NCBI RefSeq assembly: GCF_036961105.1
Contig: NZ_JBALWW010000006.1
Span: 15,239 to 79,238, forward strand
Origin: Halopseudomonas sp.
GTDB lineage: Bacteria; Pseudomonadota; Gammaproteobacteria; Pseudomonadales; Pseudomonadaceae
DNA length: 64,000 nucleotides
Direction of reading: 5' to 3'
The notes under the pieces are model-generated. The model had not been told where the DNA came from. It did not search any database and was given only the letters and a program-made list of their open reading frames with translations. The position numbers and the translations under genes are program-made. Position 1 is the stretch's first letter. Each line of letters begins with the position of its first letter. This document shows, one piece after another, positions 53,711-63,428 of the stretch.

Positions 53711-54838
53711 ATGCGTGAGCGCAACGAAGAGCGCACTCAATCTGCAGACCAGACAGTTTGCCCGAATCGAGGTCCGAACCTCCGTAACTCATACACCGGC
53801 CAGCCCATGCTGCGCGCTGTTGGTCTGGCCGCAGCTCTGCTGATGGCGCCAGCTGCCATGGCGCAGCAAGCCGAGCCTATTGCCGAAGCGCCCAAGCCGG
53901 CCATCATGTCCGATCTGGCCAGTTCCACGCTGCTGCTTGATCTGGTGACCGCTGGCGATCGGCTGGTCGCGGTAGGCAGTCGCGGTCATATTCTGTATTC
54001 CGATGACCAAGGCAAGAGTTGGGACCAGGCTGATGTGCCGGTCCGGCAGTTGCTGACTGCGGTCTATTTCGCGGATGCCAAACATGGCTGGGCAGTAGGC
54101 CACGATGCGGTGATTCTGCACAGCAGTGATGGCGGTGAGACCTGGCAAATGCAGTACCGCGATCCCACGCTGGATGAGCCTGCAGATCCTGAAGGTCCGG
54201 GCCTGCTTGAGCGACCGCTGATGGATGTGTGGTTCCGTGATCTGCAGACCGGCTTTGCGGTAGGCGCCTACGGCATCTTCCTGCGCACCGACGATGGTGG
54301 CGCCACTTGGCAGGACCGCAGCGACAGCATCGATAACGAATACGGCATGCACTACAACGCCATTGCCCCCGTTCATAACGCAGGTCTGTTCATGGTTGGC
54401 GAGATGGGCAGCATGTATCGCTCCTCCGACTATGGCGATACCTGGGAAACGCTCGAGACCTCACCTTATGACGGCACCTGGTTCGGCGTATCCGGTACTG
54501 GCCAGACCGGCGAAGTGGTGGTCTGGGGACTACGCGGCAACCTCTATCGCTCGGACAATTTCGGTCACAGCTGGCAGGTCGCTGAATTTACCAACCAGGC
54601 TCCCGAAGCCACTCTGCTGGGTGGCACTCTCTCCGCCGATGGCCACCTCGTGGTGGTGGGGTCGGGCGGCGTGGTACTGACCAGCGATGATCGGGGCGAC
54701 AGCTTCGAGACGCACACACGGGCTGACCGTATTGCCCTGGCCACGGCCAAGCGCTTGCCCGATGGCGAGCTGCTTATGGTTGGCCAGCACGGGGTAGTCA
54801 AGGGAAGCGTTGAGGCCCCCATCGACTCACAACAATAA
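53711..54838 (+). CDS. YCF48/BNR-repeat periplasmic beta-propeller, copy 2
   Basis: Same motifs as copy 1, including the shared QYRDP.LDEP.DPEGP.LLERPLMDVWFRD segment. Confidence 0.9.
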   Translation: MRERNEERTQSADQTVCPNRGPNLRNSYTGQPMLRAVGLAAALLMAPAAMAQQAEPIAEAPKPAIMSDLASSTLLLDLVTAGDRLVAVGSRGHILYSDDQGKSWDQADVPVRQLLTAVYFADAKHGWAVGHDAVILHSSDGGETWQMQYRDPTLDEPADPEGPGLLERPLMDVWFRDLQTGFAVGAYGIFLRTDDGGATWQDRSDSIDNEYGMHYNAIAPVHNAGLFMVGEMGSMYRSSDYGDTWETLETSPYDGTWFGVSGTGQTGEVVVWGLRGNLYRSDNFGHSWQVAEFTNQAPEATLLGGTLSADGHLVVVGSGGVVLTSDDRGDSFETHTRADRIALATAKRLPDGELLMVGQHGVVKGSVEAPIDSQQ

Positions 54839-54859
54839 GTTTCTACCGGGAGAATCTGG

Positions 54860-57211
54860 ATGTCGAAGCACCATCAGGAGACCGCGCCCATAGTGGAGCG
54901 GCTGATTTTCAATAATCGGATTGCAGTACTGCTGATCTTTGCCCTGCTCACCGTGTTTTTTGGCTATCAGGCGGCGCAGGTAAAGCCCGATACCAGTTTC
55001 GAGAAGATGATTCCTCTCAAACATCCTTACATCGTCAACATGATCGAGCACGAGAACGACCTGCCCAATCTGGGCAACTCGATCCGTATTGCGGTGGAGA
55101 TAGAAGAAGGTGACATCTTCTCAACCGAATACATGGAGATGCTCAAGCGCATCAATGATGAGGTGTTTTTTCTGCCTGGCGTTGATCGCTCCAACCTGCG
55201 CTCGTTGTGGACGCCCAATGTGCGCTGGACCGAGGTAACCGAATACGGCTTTGACGGCGGGCCGGTGGCCAACCGGCCGTCCTACACGAGCGAGGAGGAC
55301 CTGGAAGAGCTGCGCTCCAATGTGCTCAAATCCGGCGAGATCGGCCGGCTGGTGGCTAATAACTTCAAGTCGACCATCATCGACGTGCCGTTGCAGGAAG
55401 CCTATCCCAACCCCGAAAACCAGAGCGAGCTGATTCAGCTCGACTACGGCGATTTCTCCCGCCAGCTGGAAGAGAAAATTCGGCAGAAGTTCGAGGCTGA
55501 AAATCCCAATATCAAGGTGCACATTGTCGGCTTCGCCAAGAAAGTGGGTGATCTGATCGAAGGCATCATCAAGGTGGTGATGTTTTTTGCTGCCGCGCTG
55601 CTGATTACCTTCGTACTGCTGTTGATGTTTACCCGCTGTCTGAAGAGCTCGCTGACCACCCTGGTGTGTTCGGTCATTGCCGTGGTCTGGCAGCTGGGCT
55701 TGCTGCGTACCCTGGGCTTTGGTCTGGACCCGTATTCGATTCTGGTGCCCTTTCTGGTGTTTGCCATCGGTATTTCCCATGGCGTGCAGATCATCAACGG
55801 CATGGCCATCGAGTATCCCACCTCCCAGGGTAGTTACGATGCAGCGCGACGCGCCTTCCGGGCGCTCTACATCCCGGGCATAGTGGCGCTGATTTCCGAT
55901 GCCGTTGGTTTTGTCACCTTGCTGCTGATCGAGATCGAGGTGATTCGTGAGCTGGGCATCGCTGCCTCCATCGGTGTGGGCGTGATCATCCTGACCAACC
56001 TGATGCTGCTGCCGATTCTGATGTCCTATATCGGCATCAGCAAGGGCGCGGTGGAGCGTAACCGTGAGCGCGCTGCACGGCCGCAGAAGACCTGGTTGGC
56101 GGTGGCGCGCTTTGCCCATAGCAAGGTGGCGCCAGTGTCCATTTTGCTGGCGATTGCGGCCTTTGCCTTTGGTATCTATCACGGCAAGAACGTGGCTATC
56201 GGCGACCTTGACCCTGGGGCGCCGGAGCTGCGGGCAGACTCGCGCTACAACCTCGACAACAAGTTCATCATCGACAATTATTCGACCAGCTCGGACATTC
56301 TGGTCGTCATGGTGAAAACACCGCCGGAGCAGTGTTCCGCTTACGAGACCATGGAAGCCATCGACCAACTGGAATGGAAGATGAACAACCTTGATGGCGT
56401 GCAGTCGGCGGTGTCACTGGTGACCGTGGCCAAACAGGTGATCATGGGCAACAACGAGGGCAACCTGAAATGGCAGGGGCTGTCGCGCAATCAGGACAAC
56501 CTGAACAACGCCATCAGCCGCGCCCCCTCGGGTATGTTCAACTCCAGCTGCTCGCTGGCCCCGGTGATGGTCTTCCTGGATGATCACAAGGCTGAAACGC
56601 TGAGCCGGGCGACGGCGGCGGTGGAGGCCTTTGCCGAGGAGTACAACACCGACGAGCTGGAATTCAAGCTGGCAGCGGGTAATGCCGGTATCGAGGCGGC
56701 CACCAATGTGGTGATCGAGGCGTCGCAGACCAAGATGCTGCTGACCGTTTACGCGGTGGTAATCTTTATGTGCCTGGTGACCTTCCGCTCGATTCGCGCG
56801 GTGCTCTGCATCATCATCCCGCTGGCTCTTACCTCTGTGCTGGCGAATGCGCTGATGGCCTTCCTGGGGATTGGCGTCAAGGTGGCTACTCTGCCGGTAA
56901 TTGCACTGGGTGTGGGTATCGGGGTGGATTACGGCATCTATATCTATAGCCGTCTGGAATCCTACCTGCGCCAGGGATTGCCGTTGGACGAGGCCTACTA
57001 CGAAACCCTGAAGACCACCGGCAAGGCGGTAACCTTCACCGGCTTCACGCTGGCCATCGGCGTGGCGACCTGGATCTTCTCGGCGATCAAGTTCCAGGCC
57101 GACATGGGCATCCTGCTGACCTTCATGTTCCTCTGGAACATGTTCGGCGCGCTCTGGTTGCTGCCAGCCCTGGCCCGCTTCCTGATTCGGCCCGACAAGC
57201 TGCGTCAGTAA
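54860..57211 (+). CDS. RND/MMPL-type inner-membrane transporter, copy 2
   Basis: LWTPNVRW, GISHGVQIING, GVDYGIY, FQADMG. Confidence 0.92.
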   Translation: MSKHHQETAPIVERLIFNNRIAVLLIFALLTVFFGYQAAQVKPDTSFEKMIPLKHPYIVNMIEHENDLPNLGNSIRIAVEIEEGDIFSTEYMEMLKRINDEVFFLPGVDRSNLRSLWTPNVRWTEVTEYGFDGGPVANRPSYTSEEDLEELRSNVLKSGEIGRLVANNFKSTIIDVPLQEAYPNPENQSELIQLDYGDFSRQLEEKIRQKFEAENPNIKVHIVGFAKKVGDLIEGIIKVVMFFAAALLITFVLLLMFTRCLKSSLTTLVCSVIAVVWQLGLLRTLGFGLDPYSILVPFLVFAIGISHGVQIINGMAIEYPTSQGSYDAARRAFRALYIPGIVALISDAVGFVTLLLIEIEVIRELGIAASIGVGVIILTNLMLLPILMSYIGISKGAVERNRERAARPQKTWLAVARFAHSKVAPVSILLAIAAFAFGIYHGKNVAIGDLDPGAPELRADSRYNLDNKFIIDNYSTSSDILVVMVKTPPEQCSAYETMEAIDQLEWKMNNLDGVQSAVSLVTVAKQVIMGNNEGNLKWQGLSRNQDNLNNAISRAPSGMFNSSCSLAPVMVFLDDHKAETLSRATAAVEAFAEEYNTDELEFKLAAGNAGIEAATNVVIEASQTKMLLTVYAVVIFMCLVTFRSIRAVLCIIIPLALTSVLANALMAFLGIGVKVATLPVIALGVGIGVDYGIYIYSRLESYLRQGLPLDEAYYETLKTTGKAVTFTGFTLAIGVATWIFSAIKFQADMGILLTFMFLWNMFGALWLLPALARFLIRPDKLRQ

Positions 57212-57230
57212 GCACAGCAACTGAACGATG

Positions 57231-57253
57231 AAGGCGCCTGCGGGCGCCTTTTT
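57231..57253 (+). terminator. Intrinsic terminator after module 2
   Basis: AAGGCGCC-TGCG-GGCGCCTT-TTT. Confidence 0.8.
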
Positions 57254-57269
57254 GTTGTGCGCCGCAAGA

Positions 57270-57331
57270 GTAGGGTGGATGGCCTAAGCCCTCCACCATG
57301 GTGGGCAAGCCTGCGGCGTTGCCCACCCTAC
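57270..57331. repeat. Inverted pair of GTAG-type REP elements (REP doublet)
   Basis: GTAG-GGTGGA..TCCACC on the plus strand and GTAG-GGTGGGCAA..TTGCCCACC on the minus strand, facing each other. Confidence 0.75.
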
Positions 57332-57521
57332 GAAGCGGGACTAAATATAAGCCACCGCACGGACCCAGTTTCCCATCTGAGTGGGCGAGTAACGCAGCGA
57401 ACCCGAAGGGCCGCTCAGCTGGGTGCCCTTGGCTCGCCAGCCAGGCGAAAAGCGCCAATGAGCAGCGCACGGAATACTGTTGCTGACGCTTGTCATCCGA
57501 GGTTGCTGGATTCGGAAACAC

Positions 57522-59189
57522 CTAAACATCCGGATATAACGGCTGCATTCCCCCCTCACTCGCCTCGGCAGCCTCCCGCTGCCGCGACTGCGTAACCTGC
57601 CGCACCGCACGCCACAGCGGCTTGCCACGCCAGGCGTTGTCGTTCTGACCAAACAGGCAGGTGTTGAGGTCGTCCAGGGCATCGGCCAGCGTCGGATATT
57701 GCTGGCTGAGCGCGATCAGGTCGCTTTCCTGCTGCTTGGCCCAGTGTTCCAGGGCCTTGCGTGCTTCGGCCGGATGGTTCTGACGACAGGCAACTTGCAG
57801 GTCGGCCAGCGGATTGCCCTGGGCGTCGGTATCAAGATGGCTGACGTCCTCGTGCAATTCATCCTGGCTGTGCAACTGCGTGCGCAACTGGCGCAGCCGG
57901 TAGACAGTCGCAGCCAGGGCAGCGAGCAGCAGGGCGCATGCCAGTTGCCAGGGCCAGACCAGGGGGGCAGGCAGATCGTTGCGGATTCGTTCGTTGCCGT
58001 TGTTGCCGTTGCTGGCTGCCTGGCTGCCGAGAATATTCAGCTTGACCGCAGCCAGGCTGGCCTCTTCCAGGCTGTCGGTAGTGGTGTTCCACCAGGGTAC
58101 GCTCACCGCCGGCACCGTCAGCTGTCCGGGGCTACGGGCTACCAGTGCGGAGCTTTCCTGACGCAGGCCAAGTATGCCGTTGACCGAAAGCTGGTTTTCC
58201 AGCTGCGGTTGATCGTTGTACTGGCGCAGTTCGTCAGCCTGCTGATCGCTCAAGCGGCCCAGCTCCGGCAGTTGGCTGGCGGTCAGACCATCTGCCTGGA
58301 TGGAGAGGGTGCGGGTCAGGGGTTCACCGCGCAGCAGATCCTGGTCCGGGTCGGGTTGCCAGTTCTGGCTCAGGCGTACCTGTTTGGCCGGTAGCCAGAG
58401 CGCATCGGGGGGATAGTCGGCGGGGACAGGCCTTACCTGCAGCTGCAGGCTTGGCGAGCGCAACTGGACCATTCGCGCGCTGTGCGGACTCGCCGGGTCA
58501 GCGGGATTACGAGGTAGCTGGACAGTTGCGCTGAACAGCTGTGAGGGAATATCCAGCTCGCCGCTCTGCTGCGGAAAAATGGCATAACGCACTTCGATTA
58601 CGCCGTGCAGCACGCCGTTGATAGTACGTTCGTAGTTGCGCGGGGCGCCAAGGCGTTCGATTCGGGTATTGGAGATATCCAGCCCGCTGAGGTCGGAATC
58701 ATCGTACAGAGAGACAGAATGGTAGATGCGCAGGGTCAGTAGCACCTGCGCCTGGACGTAGGGCGTTTCGGTGTCCACCTCGCTGTCGATGAAAATGGGT
58801 GCCAGGGTGCCGGCTTCGTCGTCCTCGGCCTGTTGGGCGGTAAGCACGCGCAAGGTGATGGGCTCGCTGCTGTCGGGCCCCAGAAATAGCGGCGGTATGA
58901 TCACGAAGCCGGTGCGCTTGGGCTCTAAGGCTACAACCCAGCGGTTGACCCATTGTTTACGCCCTTCGAGTTCGCTGAGCAGGCTGAGCTGATGGCTTTG
59001 CCTGACCTCGAAGTGTTCCTGCAGAGGAGTGAAGTCGGGTGGCCCGTATTTGCTGCCAGCGTTGCTTTCCAGGGTCAGTTCGAGACTTTCCCCCTCAATC
59101 AACTGGGTGCGGTCGACACTGGCCTGCATCGCAGCCTGGCAAAGGCCGCTGAGCATGAGCAGGCAAAGCGTGTACAGCAGTCGCATCAT
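57522..59189 (-). CDS. BatD-family protein
   Basis: Signal peptide, ASVDRTQL, QVLLTLRIY, YAIFPQQSG, WWNT, C-terminal TM helix, LYP end. Confidence 0.9.
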   Translation of the reverse strand: MMRLLYTLCLLMLSGLCQAAMQASVDRTQLIEGESLELTLESNAGSKYGPPDFTPLQEHFEVRQSHQLSLLSELEGRKQWVNRWVVALEPKRTGFVIIPPLFLGPDSSEPITLRVLTAQQAEDDEAGTLAPIFIDSEVDTETPYVQAQVLLTLRIYHSVSLYDDSDLSGLDISNTRIERLGAPRNYERTINGVLHGVIEVRYAIFPQQSGELDIPSQLFSATVQLPRNPADPASPHSARMVQLRSPSLQLQVRPVPADYPPDALWLPAKQVRLSQNWQPDPDQDLLRGEPLTRTLSIQADGLTASQLPELGRLSDQQADELRQYNDQPQLENQLSVNGILGLRQESSALVARSPGQLTVPAVSVPWWNTTTDSLEEASLAAVKLNILGSQAASNGNNGNERIRNDLPAPLVWPWQLACALLLAALAATVYRLRQLRTQLHSQDELHEDVSHLDTDAQGNPLADLQVACRQNHPAEARKALEHWAKQQESDLIALSQQYPTLADALDDLNTCLFGQNDNAWRGKPLWRAVRQVTQSRQREAAEASEGGMQPLYPDV

Positions 59190-61039
59190 CGGGGACGTCC
59201 ATCGGGTTGTTGCAGGTGTTGGTAGAGAAACTTGCGGCGCAGTAGCTCCGACGGGTTGTCGGGGATGCTGCGCAGCCATTGTTGCAGGGCTTGTTGTTGC
59301 TCGGCATTGTAGCGTCTGGCAATCGAAGTTGCGCTACCGCTGCCTGCGGTTGGCGGGCTGTCGAGCAGGTCTTCGGCCGGCGACTCCTGGCTTTCGGCTG
59401 GCGTATTCAGGCTGCCCTGAGGCGCTGCGGCGTCTGTCTCGGCGGCATCGCCGTCTTCATTTGTGCCGGCCGCTACCGTCTGGGGGGTGGCATTGGCGCT
59501 TTGCTGGGTTTCGCTTACAGGCGGCTGAATGGCCTGGATGGCCTCGTTGTGCTGACTGTCGGCGGTGGTCGCCGGCTCGGTGCTATCGGCGTCAGCGGTG
59601 GTTGCTGCACCGGCATCGCTGTCGCCTTTGGCACTCGTCTGCGTATCGTCCTCATCGCGCTGCTTCTCGAGTTCAGCCAGGTAGGCCTCTACCCGACGGC
59701 GATTGTGGCGCGCGGCAGTGTGTTCCGGCGCCCGAATCAAGGTTTGCTCGAAGGCATCAAGTGCGGGTTGATACTGGCCGTCCAGCGCCAGCGCGGTGCC
59801 CTGGGCAAAGTGGTATTCGGCGTTGTCTGGGGTGGCGCTCGCCAGCGCCCCATAGGCCTGACTGGCGGCGGCATAATCGCCAGCTTGCAGCAGGGACCAG
59901 GCGCGCCAGGGGGCGTTTTCAAAACGCGCTGCGGCGGCTGCCGGATCGCCTTCGGCAAGCAGCCTGGCGGCTTGCTGGTCCGGACGTTGCCACAGGTCCT
60001 GCCAATCCATTGCGGAAGCGGGAGGGGGTAGCCAGAGCGCGATAAGCAGTAACCCGAGCCAGCCGCGCCGGGCGCCAAACGCCGCCAGCGGCACCAGCAA
60101 TAACAGCAACCAATGGCCCTGGTCCAGCCATTGACGCTGCTGTGTCTGCAGACTCTGCTCGTCGCTGGCAACGCCTGCCAGCAGATACTGGATGTCGTTG
60201 TCGTCCACGCTCAGATGGGCGTAGTTGCCGCCGTGGCGCCGGGCAAAATGGCTGAGCGCGCTCTCGTCCAGGCGCGGCAACAGGATGCGACCCTGCTCAT
60301 CGCGCATGAAGCCGCCCTCGGCCAGGGGCACCGGGGCGCCATCGGCGGTGCCGATGCCTAGCACCTGCAGACGCTCGCCCAATTGCTCTGCGCTGGCGTC
60401 GGCCAGGCGCTGCTCGGTGTCATCCAGGCCATTGGTCAGCAGCAGGACCTGCGCGCTGTCCGGCGGCAAATCTCGCAGCAACTGATAGGCCAGGATCAAC
60501 GCCTGATCGGCCTGCTGCCCACGCGCCGGCATGATATCGGGGTGTAGCACGCCCAGCAGATTTTTCAGGGTGTCGTGATCGCGGGTGAGTGGAGCCACCA
60601 GGTGGGCGCTGCCAGCGTAAGCGATCAGGCCGATTCGCCGCTCGGGAAAGGCGCGCATGATGTCCTCTATCTTGCGGCGACCCTGCTCCAGCCGGTTGGG
60701 TGCAAGGTCGGTGGAGAGCATGCTGCGCGACACCTGCAATACCACCACCAATGCGGCCTGGTCGCTGCGTTCAACACGGTCACTGGATTCCCAGGCGGGG
60801 CCGGCGAGGGTCAGTAATGCCAGTATCCAGCAGAGCGCCAGCAACAGGTAGCGCCCGGCATAGCGTCGCCCGCTTTGCTGCTGCAGCAGCACCTGGCGCA
60901 GATTGGCAGGCAGCAACGCTTCCCAGCCAGAGTATTTCTTCATGTGCCGGTAGAGATACCAGCACAGTAACAGGCTAGGCAGCACCGCCAGCAGCCACCA
61001 GGGACGGGTAAAACCGAATGGCAGCAGCTCAGGCGACAT
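59186..61039 (-). CDS. vWA + TPR protein (BatB/BatC-like fusion)
   Basis: RPWWLL, AGPAW, PNRLEQ, AYAGSAHLVAPLT.D, TPR region, QWLRSIPDNPSELLRRKF. Confidence 0.9.
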   Translation of the reverse strand: MSPELLPFGFTRPWWLLAVLPSLLLCWYLYRHMKKYSGWEALLPANLRQVLLQQQSGRRYAGRYLLLALCWILALLTLAGPAWESSDRVERSDQAALVVVLQVSRSMLSTDLAPNRLEQGRRKIEDIMRAFPERRIGLIAYAGSAHLVAPLTRDHDTLKNLLGVLHPDIMPARGQQADQALILAYQLLRDLPPDSAQVLLLTNGLDDTEQRLADASAEQLGERLQVLGIGTADGAPVPLAEGGFMRDEQGRILLPRLDESALSHFARRHGGNYAHLSVDDNDIQYLLAGVASDEQSLQTQQRQWLDQGHWLLLLLVPLAAFGARRGWLGLLLIALWLPPPASAMDWQDLWQRPDQQAARLLAEGDPAAAAARFENAPWRAWSLLQAGDYAAASQAYGALASATPDNAEYHFAQGTALALDGQYQPALDAFEQTLIRAPEHTAARHNRRRVEAYLAELEKQRDEDDTQTSAKGDSDAGAATTADADSTEPATTADSQHNEAIQAIQPPVSETQQSANATPQTVAAGTNEDGDAAETDAAAPQGSLNTPAESQESPAEDLLDSPPTAGSGSATSIARRYNAEQQQALQQWLRSIPDNPSELLRRKFLYQHLQQPDGRPR

Positions 61040-62024
61040 GCAGCTGTCTCCTTGCCTGCTGCACAGCCATGCCCAGACTGAGGAGCCAGGCGGCGCCCAA
61101 CGGCCAGGGATAGAGCGGGATACTTTCATGACTCGGTCGGCCCGCCCGCAGACTCGGCTCCAGCTCATCCAGCTGGGCGTAGATGGCCTCCAGGCTGGCG
61201 CTGTCGCGCGCGCGGAAGTAAGTGCCGCCGGTAATCTCGGCTACCTCGCGCAGGGTGGTCTCATCCAGATCAATGGAAGGGTCGACCTCGCCGTTCAACA
61301 AGCCCAAAAGGCCTTCGTGTTGCTGGCTGTCTGCGCCCACGCCAATGGTGAATATCCGGATGCCCTGTTCGGCTGCGAGTTGCGCAGCCTGAATGGGCGC
61401 GATCTCGCCGGCGGTGTTGGCGCCATCGGTAATCAGCAGTAGCACACGGCTGGAAGCCGGTTGCTGGATCAGCCGCTTGATGCCCAGACCAATAGCGTCA
61501 CCGATAGCGGTGTCGCGCCCGGTCAGCCCGATAAAGGATTCGTTCAGCCACTGCGCCACGCTGTCGAGATCGTAGGTCAGGGGGGCCTGTACATAAGCTT
61601 TGCTGCCAAACAGGATCAAACCCAGGCGATCGCCGCGACGTCGCTCGATAAAGGCGCCCAGCCAGTGTTTTACCAGGCCCAAACGATCCAGCGGCTGATC
61701 CTGCAACTGCATATCGCGGATTTCCATGCTGGCAGAGAGGTCTACTGCGATCATCATGTCGCGCCCGCTGATGCTGGGTGCGAGCGGGGCGCCCAACAAT
61801 TGCGGCCGACTGACTGCGCAGACCAGTAGCAACCAGATCAGCAGCCAGGGCCAGCGGGTTCCGCGCCGTGCTTGCGGCCCGGCTGCCGGTTCCAGTTGGT
61901 GCAGGCGCCGCATGAAACTGATGTGCAGGGCACTCGCCGGCCGGCCGGCCGCGGGCAACAGCCAACGTAGCAGCCAGGGTAAGGGCAGCAAGGCAAAAGC
62001 GGCGGGCCAGTAAATTTCAAACAT
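61029..62024 (-). CDS. vWA-domain protein (BatA-like)
   Basis: GRDMMIAVDLSASM (MIDAS DxSxS), GDRLGLILFG, PLTYD, TAIGDAIG, LITDGANTAG. Confidence 0.93.
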   Translation of the reverse strand: MFEIYWPAAFALLPLPWLLRWLLPAAGRPASALHISFMRRLHQLEPAAGPQARRGTRWPWLLIWLLLVCAVSRPQLLGAPLAPSISGRDMMIAVDLSASMEIRDMQLQDQPLDRLGLVKHWLGAFIERRRGDRLGLILFGSKAYVQAPLTYDLDSVAQWLNESFIGLTGRDTAIGDAIGLGIKRLIQQPASSRVLLLITDGANTAGEIAPIQAAQLAAEQGIRIFTIGVGADSQQHEGLLGLLNGEVDPSIDLDETTLREVAEITGGTYFRARDSASLEAIYAQLDELEPSLRAGRPSHESIPLYPWPLGAAWLLSLGMAVQQARRQLHVA

Positions 62025-62478
62025 GGTTGTGCCGGATCCAGCGCAGCAGCTCACGCTGCAGAGCGAGCCGTTCCAGCGAACTCAGGGGTTCGCCTGGCTC
62101 GTAGAGCCCCTTGCCCAAAGGTTGCAATACTTTGGCCTGCGGATGTGGGTAGCTCTGGCAGAGATAGTCCACCCAGGCGGAGCCGAATAGTCGGGTGGCG
62201 TGCAGTTCACCACGGCTTTTCAGTTGCCGTTTCAACTGGGTGTTGAGCGCGGCCAGCCAGGCTTGGTCGGGCAGTTGATCCGGCACTTCCCAAATGATGC
62301 GTTGCGCACGCTGGCGGCGCCGCTGACGGCGGCGCAAGGCCAGCCAGAACAGCGGGATCGCAATCAGCAGCAGTACCAGAATCACGGCCAGCGCAATCCA
62401 GCCGGACGCCGGGGGCCACCAGGGAATTGGCGGCGGAGGGGCCGGCTGGATCAGCGCATCCTGCAAAGGGCTGCTCAC
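62017..62478 (-). CDS. DUF4381 protein
   Basis: PPPIPWWPPASGW plus a TM helix; position in the MoxR-DUF58-DUF4381-vWA operon. Confidence 0.85.
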   Translation of the reverse strand: MSSPLQDALIQPAPPPPIPWWPPASGWIALAVILVLLLIAIPLFWLALRRRQRRRQRAQRIIWEVPDQLPDQAWLAALNTQLKRQLKSRGELHATRLFGSAWVDYLCQSYPHPQAKVLQPLGKGLYEPGEPLSSLERLALQRELLRWIRHNHV

Positions 62479-63425
62479 CGCACGCCTCCGCGCGGATGGC
62501 CGGTCAGGGTGTCATGCAGTTGTTCGTGTGCGGCAAAGCGGGTATCCAGCGGAATCAGGCTGCAGCGTAGTCGGCGCGCCAGGCGCAGCCAGTTCTGCTG
62601 CTGTTGAATGAACTGCGCGGCGTAAGTCTCGCGTACCCCCGCTTGCAGGGTATCCAGAGTCAGGCGTTCGTCGCCCTGGATGAAATCCAGCGGACCGAAT
62701 AGCGGCAGGCTGGTATCGAGCGGGTCGAACACCGGCAGCAGTACCAGGTCGTTGTGCCCGGCCAGAGGCACCAGCAGGCTCTGATTGAGACCGTCGATGG
62801 CGCTGTGGTCACAGATGAGATAGAGAATGCTGCCGGGACGAATGATTTCGCGGCTGTGGCGCAGCGCCAGATTCAGCGGCTCGGTGTCATCTTCGGGCTC
62901 CGGTTGCTGCCCCGGGGCCAGTTGCTGGTTGGCTTTGAGCAGCAGCTGCAGCAATTGCAGCAACGCCTTGCGGTCGCGCCTGGGCCGGACCTCGTGGCAC
63001 ACGCCGGGGCCAAAGACCATGCCGCCCACCCGATCATGATGCGATAGCGCGGTCCAGGCGATCAGGGCGCAGGTCTCGGCCGCCAACACCGATTTGAAGC
63101 AGCGCTGGCTGCCCAGAAACAGGCGGGGGCTCTGTTCGCCGATGACGAATACCGGCCGCTCGCGTTCCTCGTTGAAAACCTTGGTATGTACTTTCTGGGT
63201 GCGCGCGGTTACCCGCCAGTCGATGTTGCGGATGTCGTCACCCGGTTGATAGGCGCGCACCTGATCAAAGTCGACCCCACGTCCGCGCAGGCGCGAGCTC
63301 TGCTGCCCGCTTTGCCGCCCGCTGCGTACCGGCCGGCTGAACAGCGGCAATTCATGGCAGTGCCGGCGGGTGGCAAGCAGCGCATCGAGGCTGGTGTAGA
63401 TGGCAGGGTCCAGACCGACGGACAT
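62475..63425 (-). CDS. DUF58 protein
   Basis: RGRGVDFDQVRAYQPGDDIRNIDWRVTAR, EERERP. Confidence 0.93.
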   Translation of the reverse strand: MSVGLDPAIYTSLDALLATRRHCHELPLFSRPVRSGRQSGQQSSRLRGRGVDFDQVRAYQPGDDIRNIDWRVTARTQKVHTKVFNEERERPVFVIGEQSPRLFLGSQRCFKSVLAAETCALIAWTALSHHDRVGGMVFGPGVCHEVRPRRDRKALLQLLQLLLKANQQLAPGQQPEPEDDTEPLNLALRHSREIIRPGSILYLICDHSAIDGLNQSLLVPLAGHNDLVLLPVFDPLDTSLPLFGPLDFIQGDERLTLDTLQAGVRETYAAQFIQQQQNWLRLARRLRCSLIPLDTRFAAHEQLHDTLTGHPRGGVR

Positions 63426-63428
63426 GGA

